Below are positions 17,410 through 27,412 of a stretch of DNA of 64,000 bases, piece after piece. Both the position numbers and the translations under genes were made by a program. The DNA lies in IMG/VR virus record IMGVR_UViG_2563367078_000003, positions 46,946 to 110,945 of that record. One strand, written 5' to 3'. Position 1 is the stretch's first letter, and each line of letters starts with the position of its first letter. Origin of the DNA: a virus (Duplodnaviria; Caudoviricetes). Below the pieces are notes generated by a model. That model was not told the origin of the DNA, did no database searches, and saw only the letters and a program-made list of their open reading frames with translations.

Positions 17410-17764
17410 CGTTGCGGGCCTGCAATTCGGAAATCAGAGTGTCGAGCTTGGTGTTCAGTTCGTCGACGGCGCGCATGGTGTGGACCGCGACTTCTTGGTT
17501 TCGTGTGTCTTGTCTTCGACCGGCGAGAAGGATCAGCGGCGCGGCGAAGGCGGCTTGGGTGGACAGCGCGAGATTCAGCAAGACGTACGGATAGTGATCC
17601 CAGTGCGGGAATCCGGCTACGACGTTCACGGTCATCCAGATCGCCATGAATACGGCTTGGACCAGGATGAACGTCCAGCTGCCCATTCCCTTGACGGACG
17701 TATCCGCTACGCGTTCGCCGATGCTGAGTTCGTGACCGGCTCGGACTGCTGGATGCTGAGGCAC
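17366..17764 (-). CDS. DUF1003 membrane protein
   Basis: GERVAD..GSWTF..DHYPYVLLNLALSTQAAFAAPLILL..RRQ. Confidence 0.85.
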   Translation of the reverse strand: MPQHPAVRAGHELSIGERVADTSVKGMGSWTFILVQAVFMAIWMTVNVVAGFPHWDHYPYVLLNLALSTQAAFAAPLILLAGRRQDTRNQEVAVHTMRAVDELNTKLDTLISELQARNDGIDEQTIPPVRRV

Positions 17765-17781
17765 GCGCTGCCCCCTTCTTT

Positions 17782-17799
17782 ATCGTTAGCTTTGCTAAA
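17782..17799. promoter_or_regulatory. 18-bp repeat with TTAGC-TTT-GCTAA palindrome, copy 1
   Basis: ATCGTTAGCTTTGCTAAA identical at 40170-40187. Confidence 0.65.
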
Positions 17800-17802
17800 T
17801 AA

Positions 17803-19617
17803 TTAGATGACCCCGAGATCATGGATCGCGCCCATAATTGCTTGAATGCGCTCGAAAGCACGCGCCACCGGATCGACCGGAATGCGTTGACCGATAGTGA
17901 TGTTCCACGTCGGCGCGGTTTTGCGATCCCAGGTCAGCGTAATTTCCGAGACACGGTCCACGTAAATAGACCCGGGAGGTGTGCCTCGAACGGTAGAGCC
18001 GATTCTGTCGCCGACATAAAAGTGACCGAAACCGTTTTGACCGACCAGCCATGGCAAGCCGTCAGCGACCGAGAATTTATGCGTGAATATCTCGCGCGTC
18101 GCCCACATCGATGCCCGGAGTCCAAGCAGTGCGGAAATGGTGTAGGCGTTGTCTCCTCCAGCCGCGAATCGCTCTCTGTAATGACTGAATCCAAGGCTTT
18201 GCGCGCGACTCGGATCCTTCCATGCCATAAAACTCAGAAAAACGTCGGTATATAGCGGCTTGAGCAGGGAATCCAACATTCCGCCAATAGGTGGAACGCC
18301 GATCATCATTGCGATCATGTCTCCGGCCATATTCACGGTCGCGGAGATCAATTCATTGACACCGGGCATCGAGTGTCCGCCCGTTACGTGCTGAACGTCT
18401 TTCGCTGGAGAACCGGTGAACAATGACGTCTGAATACCCGAGTGGGCTTCTTCGCGGTAGATGATTCCGGGGCACTGCGGCAGCGTTCCGATCCATCCCG
18501 GCTGGTAGTACTCCTCGGGGAAGTTCGGGTCGGGAATCGGCAGCGTGCCGTCGTCGAAACCATCGGTGGCGAACTGCTGCACGGCATAGAGGAGACCGGT
18601 GAACAAATCGCCGCCGAAACTGGTCCCGGTGGTGTACCCCGATTTGTCGAGGATATCGATGATCAGGCAGCCGTTGCGGAGCTTAGCGCCTTCCCAGGGG
18701 GGTGGATCTCCGGTGAGATATCTTCGGAATGTCGGCGTGAGCTGAGCGTCCTGAAGAATCGGCTTCGCGACGGTGAAGAAATCTTTGAACCGCGCCAGAA
18801 GAATAGCGAAGACAGAATTGTCCTGCCCGACCGGATCAGGCGCGACGACCATTGACCACGACGACTGATCCAGGTCGAACCACTGATTAGCATCGAGGGG
18901 GTCGTCCGGCAGCATCCACAAAGACGATTCGAGCCGGAGAATATTACAGAAAAGCGTCGTTTTCAGACACCACTTAGCAGGTCCGAAAAGCAGCCACCAT
19001 TTTGGAAACTGGATCTCGGCGGGCAAAAAAGGATTGGAGCATATTTACCTTGCCAGGTCCACCCCCCGCCTAGTCTTCCGGGTAATCCAGAATTTCAGCG
19101 GGGGGCGGACCCAGCACAGGATGTGCTTCAATTCTTCGAAATCATGCTTGAACAGCACCCGGCAAATCATCGTGCCGTCTTGCTGTTTCTCGATTTCGTA
19201 GTGATCCATGCGGCCCGACCAGCGGACCCCATCCTTATCGACGGTTACATGGATATTCTTGGTCGTACGACCATCATGGTTGATAACCCATTGACTGAGG
19301 TAATAGTCGACAGGCATCTCGATCTTGCCCGAGCCGGTCTCGCCGTCGATCTCCTGGAAACTCGCGGTATAGGCGTGCGCGACCCTCCCTCGCAGGATCC
19401 AGTTGCCGTCGAATAGTTTGACGGTCGGCATCCTGAGGCGGTTGTCGCGCTGTTGTTTGATGTTGTTGACGATCGACCAGTATTCGGCGTCGCAATCGAT
19501 CGGAGTTACTTCGGAATCAGGCTCGCCGGGGCCGCGATGAAACGGCTTTCGCAGCGTTACGGTCTGAGCCTCTTGCCGATATCGGCGGGCGTCTGTTGGC
19601 CCGAGGTTGTGAATCAT
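17803..19617 (-). CDS. large minor tail protein (L5 gp28-like) interrupted by an in-frame stop-containing 72-nt insertion
   Basis: ORFs 19045..19617 and 17803..19026 are in one frame; KHILCW | SNPFLPAEIQFPK rejoin on removing 19039-19110 (~580 aa). Confidence 0.8.
19039..19110 (-). other. 72-nt hairpin insertion: candidate bypass element or mini-intron
   Basis: 20-bp stem 19116-19097 / 19070-19051, inner 6-bp stem, in-frame TAA at 19045-19047. Confidence 0.7.
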
Positions 19618-19630
19618 GCAGAGCCTTTGC

Positions 19631-20605
19631 TCACTCTAGTCCCCAAGGTCTCGACCAGCTGCGGGGGCATCTGAGTTGAATGGAATTGCCGACTCCTGCG
19701 CCGGACACCGCGATCGGAACCGGGGTAGGCTGCGTATACGCGGGAATCGGGTACAGGAATTCGACGCCGTTCATCCGCTGGTAAATCGCGGTGTCGAGGC
19801 TGGAGACGACCTGTCCGGCCATTGTCATTTCATCGGTGTCGACGACGACGTTTTCACCTGCGATCAGCGAGGGCATGGTGATCATGCGGCTGGCGTCGAC
19901 GGTGGCGCGGTTGAAGCGGCTGTCGCCGTAGGAGTAATCGGGCAGGTGCCAGGTGATACCGGCGTTACCGGCTTGCAGGACCCATTTCGCCCACTGTTCG
20001 TTGTTGGTGGGGTTCCACTCGGTCAGCGTCGTTGTTTCGAGGCCGCCGTGCGTGGTGTCCGTCTTTGTAATGTAAGTCTGTGTCCAGTCGTCTTCGACCC
20101 ATCGCGGATATGCGGCGACGAACGTGACGAGAAGTAGGCCATACCGGCGCTCGTTCGGGTCGGATTGGACTTTGAGTTTCGGCGTGCCCTTCATGCGGAC
20201 CGTCAAATACCTCGTGGATTCGCCGACGATCTTGCAGTAGATCCGGCCGTCCTGCGTATAGCTCAGGCTCTTGCGGAACCGCGAATCGTTGACACGCCAC
20301 GGAACGTCTTGTGTCGATTTGACGTTGAACGCGAACGCGAATTCGAACATATTCTCGCGCAGGCCGGTGTATCTGCCGCCGATCTCGAACGCCGTGGACT
20401 GGTAGATGGTGTCGATCGGCGATTCGTAGACGTCCTCGAAAGCTGTGCCGAGGCTTTGCGCGGTGAGGGTGATGCCTTCGTTGCCGTGAAAGTCGCCGCC
20501 AGACCAGTGATAGACGTTGTTGTCGGGGCCGACGTAATAGATTTCAAGCTTCTCGGGAGGGGCGGCCAATGCGGGACCTTTCGAGCAGAAGAAAAGGCCC
20601 TCCAT
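19631..20605 (-). CDS. distal tail (Dit-like) minor tail protein; real start probably TTG near 20569
   Basis: first gene after tape measure; A..PRW..D, NPT...W.KW, PRSWSRPWGLE end. Confidence 0.85.
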   Translation of the reverse strand: MEGLFFCSKGPALAAPPEKLEIYYVGPDNNVYHWSGGDFHGNEGITLTAQSLGTAFEDVYESPIDTIYQSTAFEIGGRYTGLRENMFEFAFAFNVKSTQDVPWRVNDSRFRKSLSYTQDGRIYCKIVGESTRYLTVRMKGTPKLKVQSDPNERRYGLLLVTFVAAYPRWVEDDWTQTYITKTDTTHGGLETTTLTEWNPTNNEQWAKWVLQAGNAGITWHLPDYSYGDSRFNRATVDASRMITMPSLIAGENVVVDTDEMTMAGQVVSSLDTAIYQRMNGVEFLYPIPAYTQPTPVPIAVSGAGVGNSIQLRCPRSWSRPWGLE

Positions 20606-20630
20606 CCATCACTGAACGAAGGGCCTTTTC
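20591..20630 (-). terminator. terminator-like hairpin after tape measure gene
   Basis: GAAAAGGCCCTTC...GGAGGGCCTTTTC followed by TTCT. Confidence 0.65.
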
Positions 20631-20639
20631 TGGTGTATG

Positions 20640-23600
20640 TCAGCTGCCGAAGATTCCGAGCGGGTCGAAACCCAGGGTCGCTTCGCGCTGAGTTTGCTTC
20701 CACTTCCCCATCGCCTCGTCGACGTCGCTCACGTGGAAATGAACTTCGGTCGGGTGGAGGAATTGAGAAAGCGGATTCTGATTTTGCTGTTGCTGCGGCT
20801 GTGCGCCAGGAGGAGGCGTTCCCGGTTGCGTCGTGACACCCTCTTGTCCGGGGTCGAGCGGATTCGCCGGAGGCTTGGACAAGTCGCCTTGAATCTGATT
20901 GGACAGGGTTTGGTACGCGGGTTTGCCGAGCTTTCCCGACTTCTGATACGCGTCCAGCGCCAGCAGATAACTCGGAACCTGCGTGAATGCCGCTTCTGCA
21001 AGGCCGTCACCGCTCGTAGATCCGCCGAGGTCTCCGACGAATTGATCGAAGTTGGCTTTCGCGAACGCCTGACCCGCCGACTGCGCCTTCAGTCCGAGAC
21101 CGTTGGCTTGCGCTGCGGCGTTCCAGTTGTCGTTGAGATTGCCGAGCATGTTGTTCGGAATGACGGTTTCGCCGCCGCCGAACAGCACCAGTTCCGGGCC
21201 GAGTTCGCCGACCAGGGACCACCCCTTCTTCGCGTTCGTCGTTCCGGTCGCGTAACCCTTCGGAGGCATATTCGCGTTCGCTTGCTGCACCCGATCAATC
21301 CCGCCGTATTTCGACTTGATGTAATTGATGCTCGCTGCGAGGTTGTCGACACCTTCGAAGATGTTTTTGTGGCCTGGTGCGGCGAATGCCGCGAACGTGG
21401 TCCCCGTCGTTTGAGCCAAACCCTTCGATGGATTACCGGCTTTCGCGTTGTCGTCCCAGTCGTTGATCGCGCCGGTATTCCACCCGGATTCGCGCTCGAC
21501 GAGGGTGTTCATCCCGGCTTCCCACTGCTCTTTCGTGCCGGGAGGCGGAGTGTGGGTCAGTGCCAGCGCGGCATCGATCACCGCCAGCCGGTCACCGGTC
21601 GGGATTGCTCCGCCGATGGTGTTCGTCGATTCGTGGCCGCGAATGAGGTTGGCGATGTCGTCACGGCTCTTGGTCGCGATCTGCTTCGGGAAGCTACCGA
21701 GGAAGCCCTTCTGGCCGCCGATCATCGGGTCGGGAATCGCGTTCAGCACCGGGTCGGTCAGCTTCTGGAACAAATCCGAAATGCCGGACCGGACGCCGCC
21801 GACCACTGCCTGGAACGCGCTGCCGATCATGCCGAAGAAGCCGCCACCAGATCCCTTGTCCCCATCAGCTCCAGCGCCCGAATATGCGGGGTTGAAGAAC
21901 TTCCCGGGCAGGTAGTAGTGGTCAGCGAACTGCGAGTCGTCAGCGCCGATTGCAGGGCCGTCTACGCGGATGTCATCGTGAACGCCGCCCGACTCCAGCT
22001 TGTGTCCGGCGAGAGTGGTCGCCATGTGTCCGTAATTGCCGGGCAGCGGTGTGACGCCGATCTCCATGATTCCGCCACGTCCTGGAACGAACCCGAGCGC
22101 GGTGAAGTCGGAGGTCGTAGTGAATTCCCGCTTCGGAGTACGACCCAGGAGCGAGTCGTAGATACCGGAAGCCAAACCCGAACAGTCCAGCCAGCCTTGG
22201 TCGTTGTATGGCCTGCCTTGATAGCCAGCAGCCCACTGCAGAGCACGGGCGATTGCCGGGTTGGTCGAACCGTCTGTCGGGCCGCCGTCAGCGAATCTCA
22301 GTCCGGCCGCTTTGCGCATATGCCGGAACGCGATGCCGCCGAGGGAGAATCCCGGAACTTCGGCCTCGGCGTGTGCGGGTGTGCCGCCGAGTGCGAACCC
22401 TGGAATCATCGCGCGTTCGCCGCCGAAATTCATGGCATCCAATACCGCGCGGTTGCGGCTGGTCGCTTCGGCGTTGACGATGTATTCCCGGTTGGAAACG
22501 GCTACGACATGTTTGTCCTCGCGCGAACCGCCGGTGCCGTTGATATATCCGGGTGAACCGTCCGGCTGACCACCGCTTGCGTATCCCGGAATAGTATCAA
22601 TTTTGCCCAGGCCGGGAATCTTGCCGACGATGTCGTTGTTCCAGATGCCGATAACCCAGTTGATCGGGGTAGCGAACACCTTTTTGATTCCGTCCCAGAT
22701 ATCGCCGATATCCTTCAGCAGCCCGGAGAAGGTGCCTTTGATTCCGTCGACGAAGCTGCCGATGCCGGTGTCGTTCTTCAGCGCATCCCACGCCTTCGAA
22801 GCGATATCCTTGACGTCGCCCCACAATTTCGTGAACGCGTCGGCGATTTTCTTTCCGAGATCTTCGACGAGCTTGATCAGTTTATCGGGCAGCGATTCGA
22901 ACCATTTGATGACGTCGTTGACCAAGTCCGGGATAATCGAGTGACCGACCATTTCGTCGTACAGCCATTCGAACCAGTGGATAATTCCGTTGACAATTCC
23001 GAGAACGATTCCTTCGACGGTTTTCCAGGCACCCTTCAGGATGTCGATGACCTCGCCGAACAGCGACGTAACCAGGTGCCATACTCCGGCAAAGAATGTG
23101 CCCAGTCCGGACAGCATATCTTTAAATCCGTTGCCTATTCCGTCGAGTCCGCTCTTGAACGTCGAGAAATCGCCGGTGAATACACCCTTCAGGAGGCCGA
23201 ATATGGTCTTGAAGAAATTGAAGCAGATTTCGAAGACGCCCTTCACGGTCTCGAAGAATCCGCTGATCATCATAATCAGGCCGCGGACCGCGTTGACGAT
23301 ATTCTTGATCGTGTCGACAAAAACGCCGATAATCGGCCCTATGACCCCGGAAATTACGCTCATCACGACTTTTCCGATAGCGACGAACGCGCCGCCGATA
23401 AAGTCGAGAATAGGCTTCGAGTTATTCCACAGAACCTTCAGCGAAGACCACAAAGAATCGAACGCCGGTTTCAGGTCTTTATCCCATTCGGCTTTCAGGC
23501 TCGACCATATTCCGCCGAACGTAGCCTTCATATCCTGGAGTTCAGGAGCGAATGTTTTGCCGAGCGACTTTCCGGCGGAGACTACCGCGCCACCGACGCT

Positions 23601-26600
23601 GGACCCGGCGTGCATGATCGCGCTTCCGGTTTTCTGCAGGCCGGTCTGACCGTTGGAATCCTTCTTCGTCGCGAAGCTCGCTACAGCGCCGCCAGCCTTC
23701 TTCGTGTCGTTGACGACGGCCGCGCCGAACTCCTGGACCCCCTTGGGCATCTTGTTCCAGATGTCTTGGAAGACCTTGGTTTGCGTTGCGAGGTAACCGA
23801 TTCCGGCTGCGACGCCTGCGATAGCGCCCGCAATCAACACGAACGGGTTCAGGTCCAGTGCCGCGTCGAGCAGGAACCACCCGGCGGCTAGGGGAGCCAG
23901 GATCGGCAGCATCGGCTGGAGCCAATTCATCACTGCGGCAAAGCCGGTCGCGAGATCCTTGATGATCGGGGCGATGGCGATGATCGCGGGGAACGAACTC
24001 TGCACGAGAATGCCGATGATCTGGCCGACGTCCTTCATCACGCTCGCGATGGCGCTGGCGATGACGGGCAGATCCTTCATCCCGGGACCGAGGCCGTTCA
24101 GAAACCCCGCAGCCAGGTCATTGACGCCTTGCAGCAGCGTCGACAGCGCCTGAGAAGCGGGTCCGGCGTACTGGCCGATGAATGTGCCGATCTGAATGAG
24201 GAACTTACCGACCTGATCACCCAGCGAGCGCCACAGATCACCGAAACCGGCCGACCCTGCAGACATCTGCGAGAACATCGTGCCGATATCGGTTCCGAGT
24301 GAGCGCATCCCGTCGCGGAAGCCCGTAACAGCTGGTTGCGAATTCTGCAGCGCCGTAACGACTCCCGGCACGGGCCCGAGCATCAACCCGGTCAGTGCGT
24401 CGGTGAACGGCTGAACGTAATCGGCCGCGCTCTGGAAGCCCTGCTGAATAACCGGCTTCATGTCCATGAACTGCTGTTTCAGCGACTGCATCGCGTTGTG
24501 CAACGGGCCCTGAAGTGGCGCAGCGAGATCCGCGAACATCGCAGACATCTGAGACATCGCGCTATTAGCGTCCTTGGTCGCTTTCGCGAGTTCGCTATTG
24601 GCGCGGGCCTGTTCCTGAAGCGCGACCTTGACAGACTCGGCGGCTTTGAGCTGAGCTTCGGCGGTCTCGCGCTGAGTGTTGACGAGATCCTGTTGCGAGA
24701 CCTTCTGCTGATAATCTGCGTCAGCCAGAGCCTCTTTACCCTTGATGACCTTGTCGTTGCCTTCGACACCCTTTTTGGCTGCGACAGCCGCGTTGTCCTG
24801 AAGCTGCTGATTCTTCACGCGAACTTCGTCTTGGTGGGCTTTCGCTTCATCGATTTGATTGAAAGCGTCTTCGTAATCAAGCGGCGTAACGTCTTGCCGC
24901 TTACCGAGTTGGGTGAGGTTTTGGTATGCGCGCGCTACACCAATGTCGGCGGAACGCTGATTGATCGGAGCCTGCTCGAGCTGCAGCTGCAGATCCTCGA
25001 GTTCCTGGCGAGCGTCGCGGTATGCCTCGGTGAGTGACCGGCGGGCATCTTCCTCGTTGCGGTCGGCCATCTGTACTTCGTGCTGCGCTGCCGCGATCCT
25101 CTGGCTGGATTCGATCGCCGTATCGGCGACATCTCGGTACGCCTGGGCGAGGTCACGCTTGGCGGTCTCGGCTTGCAGCTGCGCGGCGTCCATCGCCTCT
25201 TTGTGGCTGGCGGCGAGCCGCTTGTTGACCGCGATAGCCGCTCCACCGGCTGCGATGACACCAGCGGCAAGACCGGTCGTCATCACCGCGCCCAGAGCCG
25301 CAGAGCCGAGGCTGACCAGCGCCATAGCCGACGCAAGATCCTTGACCGACTTCGTAGCCTTATCAGCAGCGCTCTTGATGCCGTCCAGGCCGCTGGAGTC
25401 GGTATCGACCCTTGCAGTCCGCGCCTTTGCGACTTCGTCGAGTTGGGCTCTCGCTTCGGCGGTGTCGGCCTTCGCGGTGATCACTGCCTCGCGCTGTTGT
25501 GCGGAGTGCTCGAACTGCGCATTCGATATACCGGTCGCAGCTGTGTTCTTGATCGTCGAGATAGTGCGGCTGGCGTCGGCGTCGACTTGGTCGCGATTTT
25601 CGCCCCGGTAGACGGCCACCTGACGCGTCGCGACGGCTCGGTCGATGTCGCGTTTAGCTCCTGCGCTCCGTTGGTCGATGTCGAGCTTTTTGTTTCGTGC
25701 CGCGAAATCGAGGTTGTCCTTCGCGCTGGTGATCATCGTCTGGATTTCCATCGGCCGCTTGCCGGGGAAAGCCTTGTCGAGTTCGTCCTTCGCGTTCTTC
25801 AGATCAAGATCAATTTGAAGTTTGCGGCGCTTGGCTACGTCATCGATCGCGGCCTTCGCATCACCGGCTTGCGCCTGGACCCTGATCGTCGCTGTACGAT
25901 CCTCGGCGGTCTTGTCGATCTTCGCTTTGGCCGTTGCCGCCGATTCCATCGCTTTCTGAGCCTGGGACTGCTTGCGTGCGTGAGCTTTTTCCGCAGCGCT
26001 CTGGTCGCGAGCGTCCTGGACGATTCCGGCTTTGGTTTTCTTCGTGGTGGCGCGTTCGTCGATCCCTTGCTGATCCGCCCACTGCTGGACTACGTTCTTT
26101 TGCCGCAGCTCATCCATCCGCGCGGAGTTCTTGGCGTTCTTCGCCTCGGATTCGAGCCCGCTCTTTTCATTGAACGCCGCACGCGCCGATTGCGGATTTC
26201 GCCTTCGATCGGGATATCGTTCATTGACGTCGCGTTTCGCCTGCCCGAGCCCTTCATCGATCTCGACGTAGCGCTTGCGGCGCACCTCTTCGATCGCGTA
26301 ATTCATCCTGTTTTTCTGGGCGATCAGGTCGCTCATGCGCTTTTGCGAGGCGGCGTCGGCTTCGATTTTCGCTACGATCGGCGAGACGCGGGGTTTCGCG
26401 AGTTCGTTGAGTTCGGCATTGGCTTCGGAGACGTTCTCGGGGGTTGCGACGAACTCCGCTGCGCGTTTCTGGTTCAGCCCGTCGAAAGCGGCTGCTGCTT
26501 CGGAGACGCCTTGGACTTCCGTGCCGATGACGTTGGTGCGGTCGCGCATAGCGTCATCGGCAGCAGTGGCGGCTTCGCGAGCATTCTCGGGCCGATACCG

Positions 26601-26960
26601 GATGATCACCGTGCGGTCGTGCGCAGCCTGGTCGAGATCCCGCACCGCGTCCGCTGTCTCGGCTACAGCCTTCATCGTCACCGGACGGAAGCGGGCGGTT
26701 TCGTTGAGCTGCCCCTCGGCGGTCTTGGTGTCGGCAACGCCGTGGAGATGAACGTCCTGGGGCGTGCTCGTCAGAGCCTTGATTTCCGCTATATCATCGT
26801 CGAGGCCGGACAGCTTGACGCGGATGTTGATCGCCTCGTCGGCCAATTTTTGGAGTTCGGTGCGCGTCTCCAAAAAGTCCTTGCGAGCGGCTTCCATCGC
26901 CGGTTTACCGAGATATGCGGCGGTGATGGAGAATTCCAGCGAGGACCTTACTGTTGCCAT
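20640..26960 (-). CDS. tape measure protein with NlpC/P60-like peptidase and lytic transglycosylase domains
   Basis: 2106 aa helical; TM region; DCSGL..GHMA; RESGWN..AINDWD.N..G.PSKGL.Q. Confidence 0.92.
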   Translation of the reverse strand: MATVRSSLEFSITAAYLGKPAMEAARKDFLETRTELQKLADEAINIRVKLSGLDDDIAEIKALTSTPQDVHLHGVADTKTAEGQLNETARFRPVTMKAVAETADAVRDLDQAAHDRTVIIRYRPENAREAATAADDAMRDRTNVIGTEVQGVSEAAAAFDGLNQKRAAEFVATPENVSEANAELNELAKPRVSPIVAKIEADAASQKRMSDLIAQKNRMNYAIEEVRRKRYVEIDEGLGQAKRDVNERYPDRRRNPQSARAAFNEKSGLESEAKNAKNSARMDELRQKNVVQQWADQQGIDERATTKKTKAGIVQDARDQSAAEKAHARKQSQAQKAMESAATAKAKIDKTAEDRTATIRVQAQAGDAKAAIDDVAKRRKLQIDLDLKNAKDELDKAFPGKRPMEIQTMITSAKDNLDFAARNKKLDIDQRSAGAKRDIDRAVATRQVAVYRGENRDQVDADASRTISTIKNTAATGISNAQFEHSAQQREAVITAKADTAEARAQLDEVAKARTARVDTDSSGLDGIKSAADKATKSVKDLASAMALVSLGSAALGAVMTTGLAAGVIAAGGAAIAVNKRLAASHKEAMDAAQLQAETAKRDLAQAYRDVADTAIESSQRIAAAQHEVQMADRNEEDARRSLTEAYRDARQELEDLQLQLEQAPINQRSADIGVARAYQNLTQLGKRQDVTPLDYEDAFNQIDEAKAHQDEVRVKNQQLQDNAAVAAKKGVEGNDKVIKGKEALADADYQQKVSQQDLVNTQRETAEAQLKAAESVKVALQEQARANSELAKATKDANSAMSQMSAMFADLAAPLQGPLHNAMQSLKQQFMDMKPVIQQGFQSAADYVQPFTDALTGLMLGPVPGVVTALQNSQPAVTGFRDGMRSLGTDIGTMFSQMSAGSAGFGDLWRSLGDQVGKFLIQIGTFIGQYAGPASQALSTLLQGVNDLAAGFLNGLGPGMKDLPVIASAIASVMKDVGQIIGILVQSSFPAIIAIAPIIKDLATGFAAVMNWLQPMLPILAPLAAGWFLLDAALDLNPFVLIAGAIAGVAAGIGYLATQTKVFQDIWNKMPKGVQEFGAAVVNDTKKAGGAVASFATKKDSNGQTGLQKTGSAIMHAGSSVGGAVVSAGKSLGKTFAPELQDMKATFGGIWSSLKAEWDKDLKPAFDSLWSSLKVLWNNSKPILDFIGGAFVAIGKVVMSVISGVIGPIIGVFVDTIKNIVNAVRGLIMMISGFFETVKGVFEICFNFFKTIFGLLKGVFTGDFSTFKSGLDGIGNGFKDMLSGLGTFFAGVWHLVTSLFGEVIDILKGAWKTVEGIVLGIVNGIIHWFEWLYDEMVGHSIIPDLVNDVIKWFESLPDKLIKLVEDLGKKIADAFTKLWGDVKDIASKAWDALKNDTGIGSFVDGIKGTFSGLLKDIGDIWDGIKKVFATPINWVIGIWNNDIVGKIPGLGKIDTIPGYASGGQPDGSPGYINGTGGSREDKHVVAVSNREYIVNAEATSRNRAVLDAMNFGGERAMIPGFALGGTPAHAEAEVPGFSLGGIAFRHMRKAAGLRFADGGPTDGSTNPAIARALQWAAGYQGRPYNDQGWLDCSGLASGIYDSLLGRTPKREFTTTSDFTALGFVPGRGGIMEIGVTPLPGNYGHMATTLAGHKLESGGVHDDIRVDGPAIGADDSQFADHYYLPGKFFNPAYSGAGADGDKGSGGGFFGMIGSAFQAVVGGVRSGISDLFQKLTDPVLNAIPDPMIGGQKGFLGSFPKQIATKSRDDIANLIRGHESTNTIGGAIPTGDRLAVIDAALALTHTPPPGTKEQWEAGMNTLVERESGWNTGAINDWDDNAKAGNPSKGLAQTTGTTFAAFAAPGHKNIFEGVDNLAASINYIKSKYGGIDRVQQANANMPPKGYATGTTNAKKGWSLVGELGPELVLFGGGETVIPNNMLGNLNDNWNAAAQANGLGLKAQSAGQAFAKANFDQFVGDLGGSTSGDGLAEAAFTQVPSYLLALDAYQKSGKLGKPAYQTLSNQIQGDLSKPPANPLDPGQEGVTTQPGTPPPGAQPQQQQNQNPLSQFLHPTEVHFHVSDVDEAMGKWKQTQREATLGFDPLGIFGS

Positions 26961-26982
26961 GACGTACGTCCTTCGCTGATAT

Positions 26983-27378
26983 TCAGTTGACTAGATATGC
27001 CGCCACGGTGTAGGTGATCGCGTTAGCGTTGCTGTGGGTGACGACGATTCGCGTGAAAGGCGGCAGGAAATCCGAAGCAGCGAGATTCGCCGTCGTGGTG
27101 ATGCCGGGGTGGATTTTCAATGCCGTCGTGCCGACTGCGGTGATAGCGGGCGAAGTGAGGATCGTCCATGTATTGCCCGACAAGCGGTCTACGCCTTGAA
27201 TCGACACGGTAATCGATGGCGTGGAAACAACCGCGCTGACATCGCAGACCACGACAAGGCCGCTGTAGCGATCGATGCCTTGAATTTCATATGTATCAGG
27301 GCTGGCGGTGCGCGAAGCGGAGGTGAGGATATTGACGGCAGGACCGGCCTGGGTCGCCTCGAGTATGTGATTCGCCAT
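26983..27378 (-). CDS. small beta-sandwich virion-type protein between chaperone and tape measure
   Basis: AAGGAA RBS; similar to 10232..10624. Confidence 0.75.
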   Translation of the reverse strand: MANHILEATQAGPAVNILTSASRTASPDTYEIQGIDRYSGLVVVCDVSAVVSTPSITVSIQGVDRLSGNTWTILTSPAITAVGTTALKIHPGITTTANLAASDFLPPFTRIVVTHSNANAITYTVAAYLVN

Positions 27379-27412
27379 TTAAAGCTTTCCTTTTGAAGCT
27401 GGCAGGCCGGTT

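Noticed and set aside
19030-19126. 7-9-nt matches between the insert region and the 40190-40866 RNA (TCTTCCGGG, AGGATGTG, GCCAGGTC) as guide pairing
   Set aside because: About the number expected by chance for 100 x 700 nt of GC-rich sequence, and not positioned at both junctions.
20637-26990. Long + strand ORFs (639, 636, 316 aa), and likewise 31562..34018 and 11920..13041
   Set aside because: Antisense shadows of tape measure, capsid and lysin genes caused by GC-rich codon bias; no motifs or RBS.
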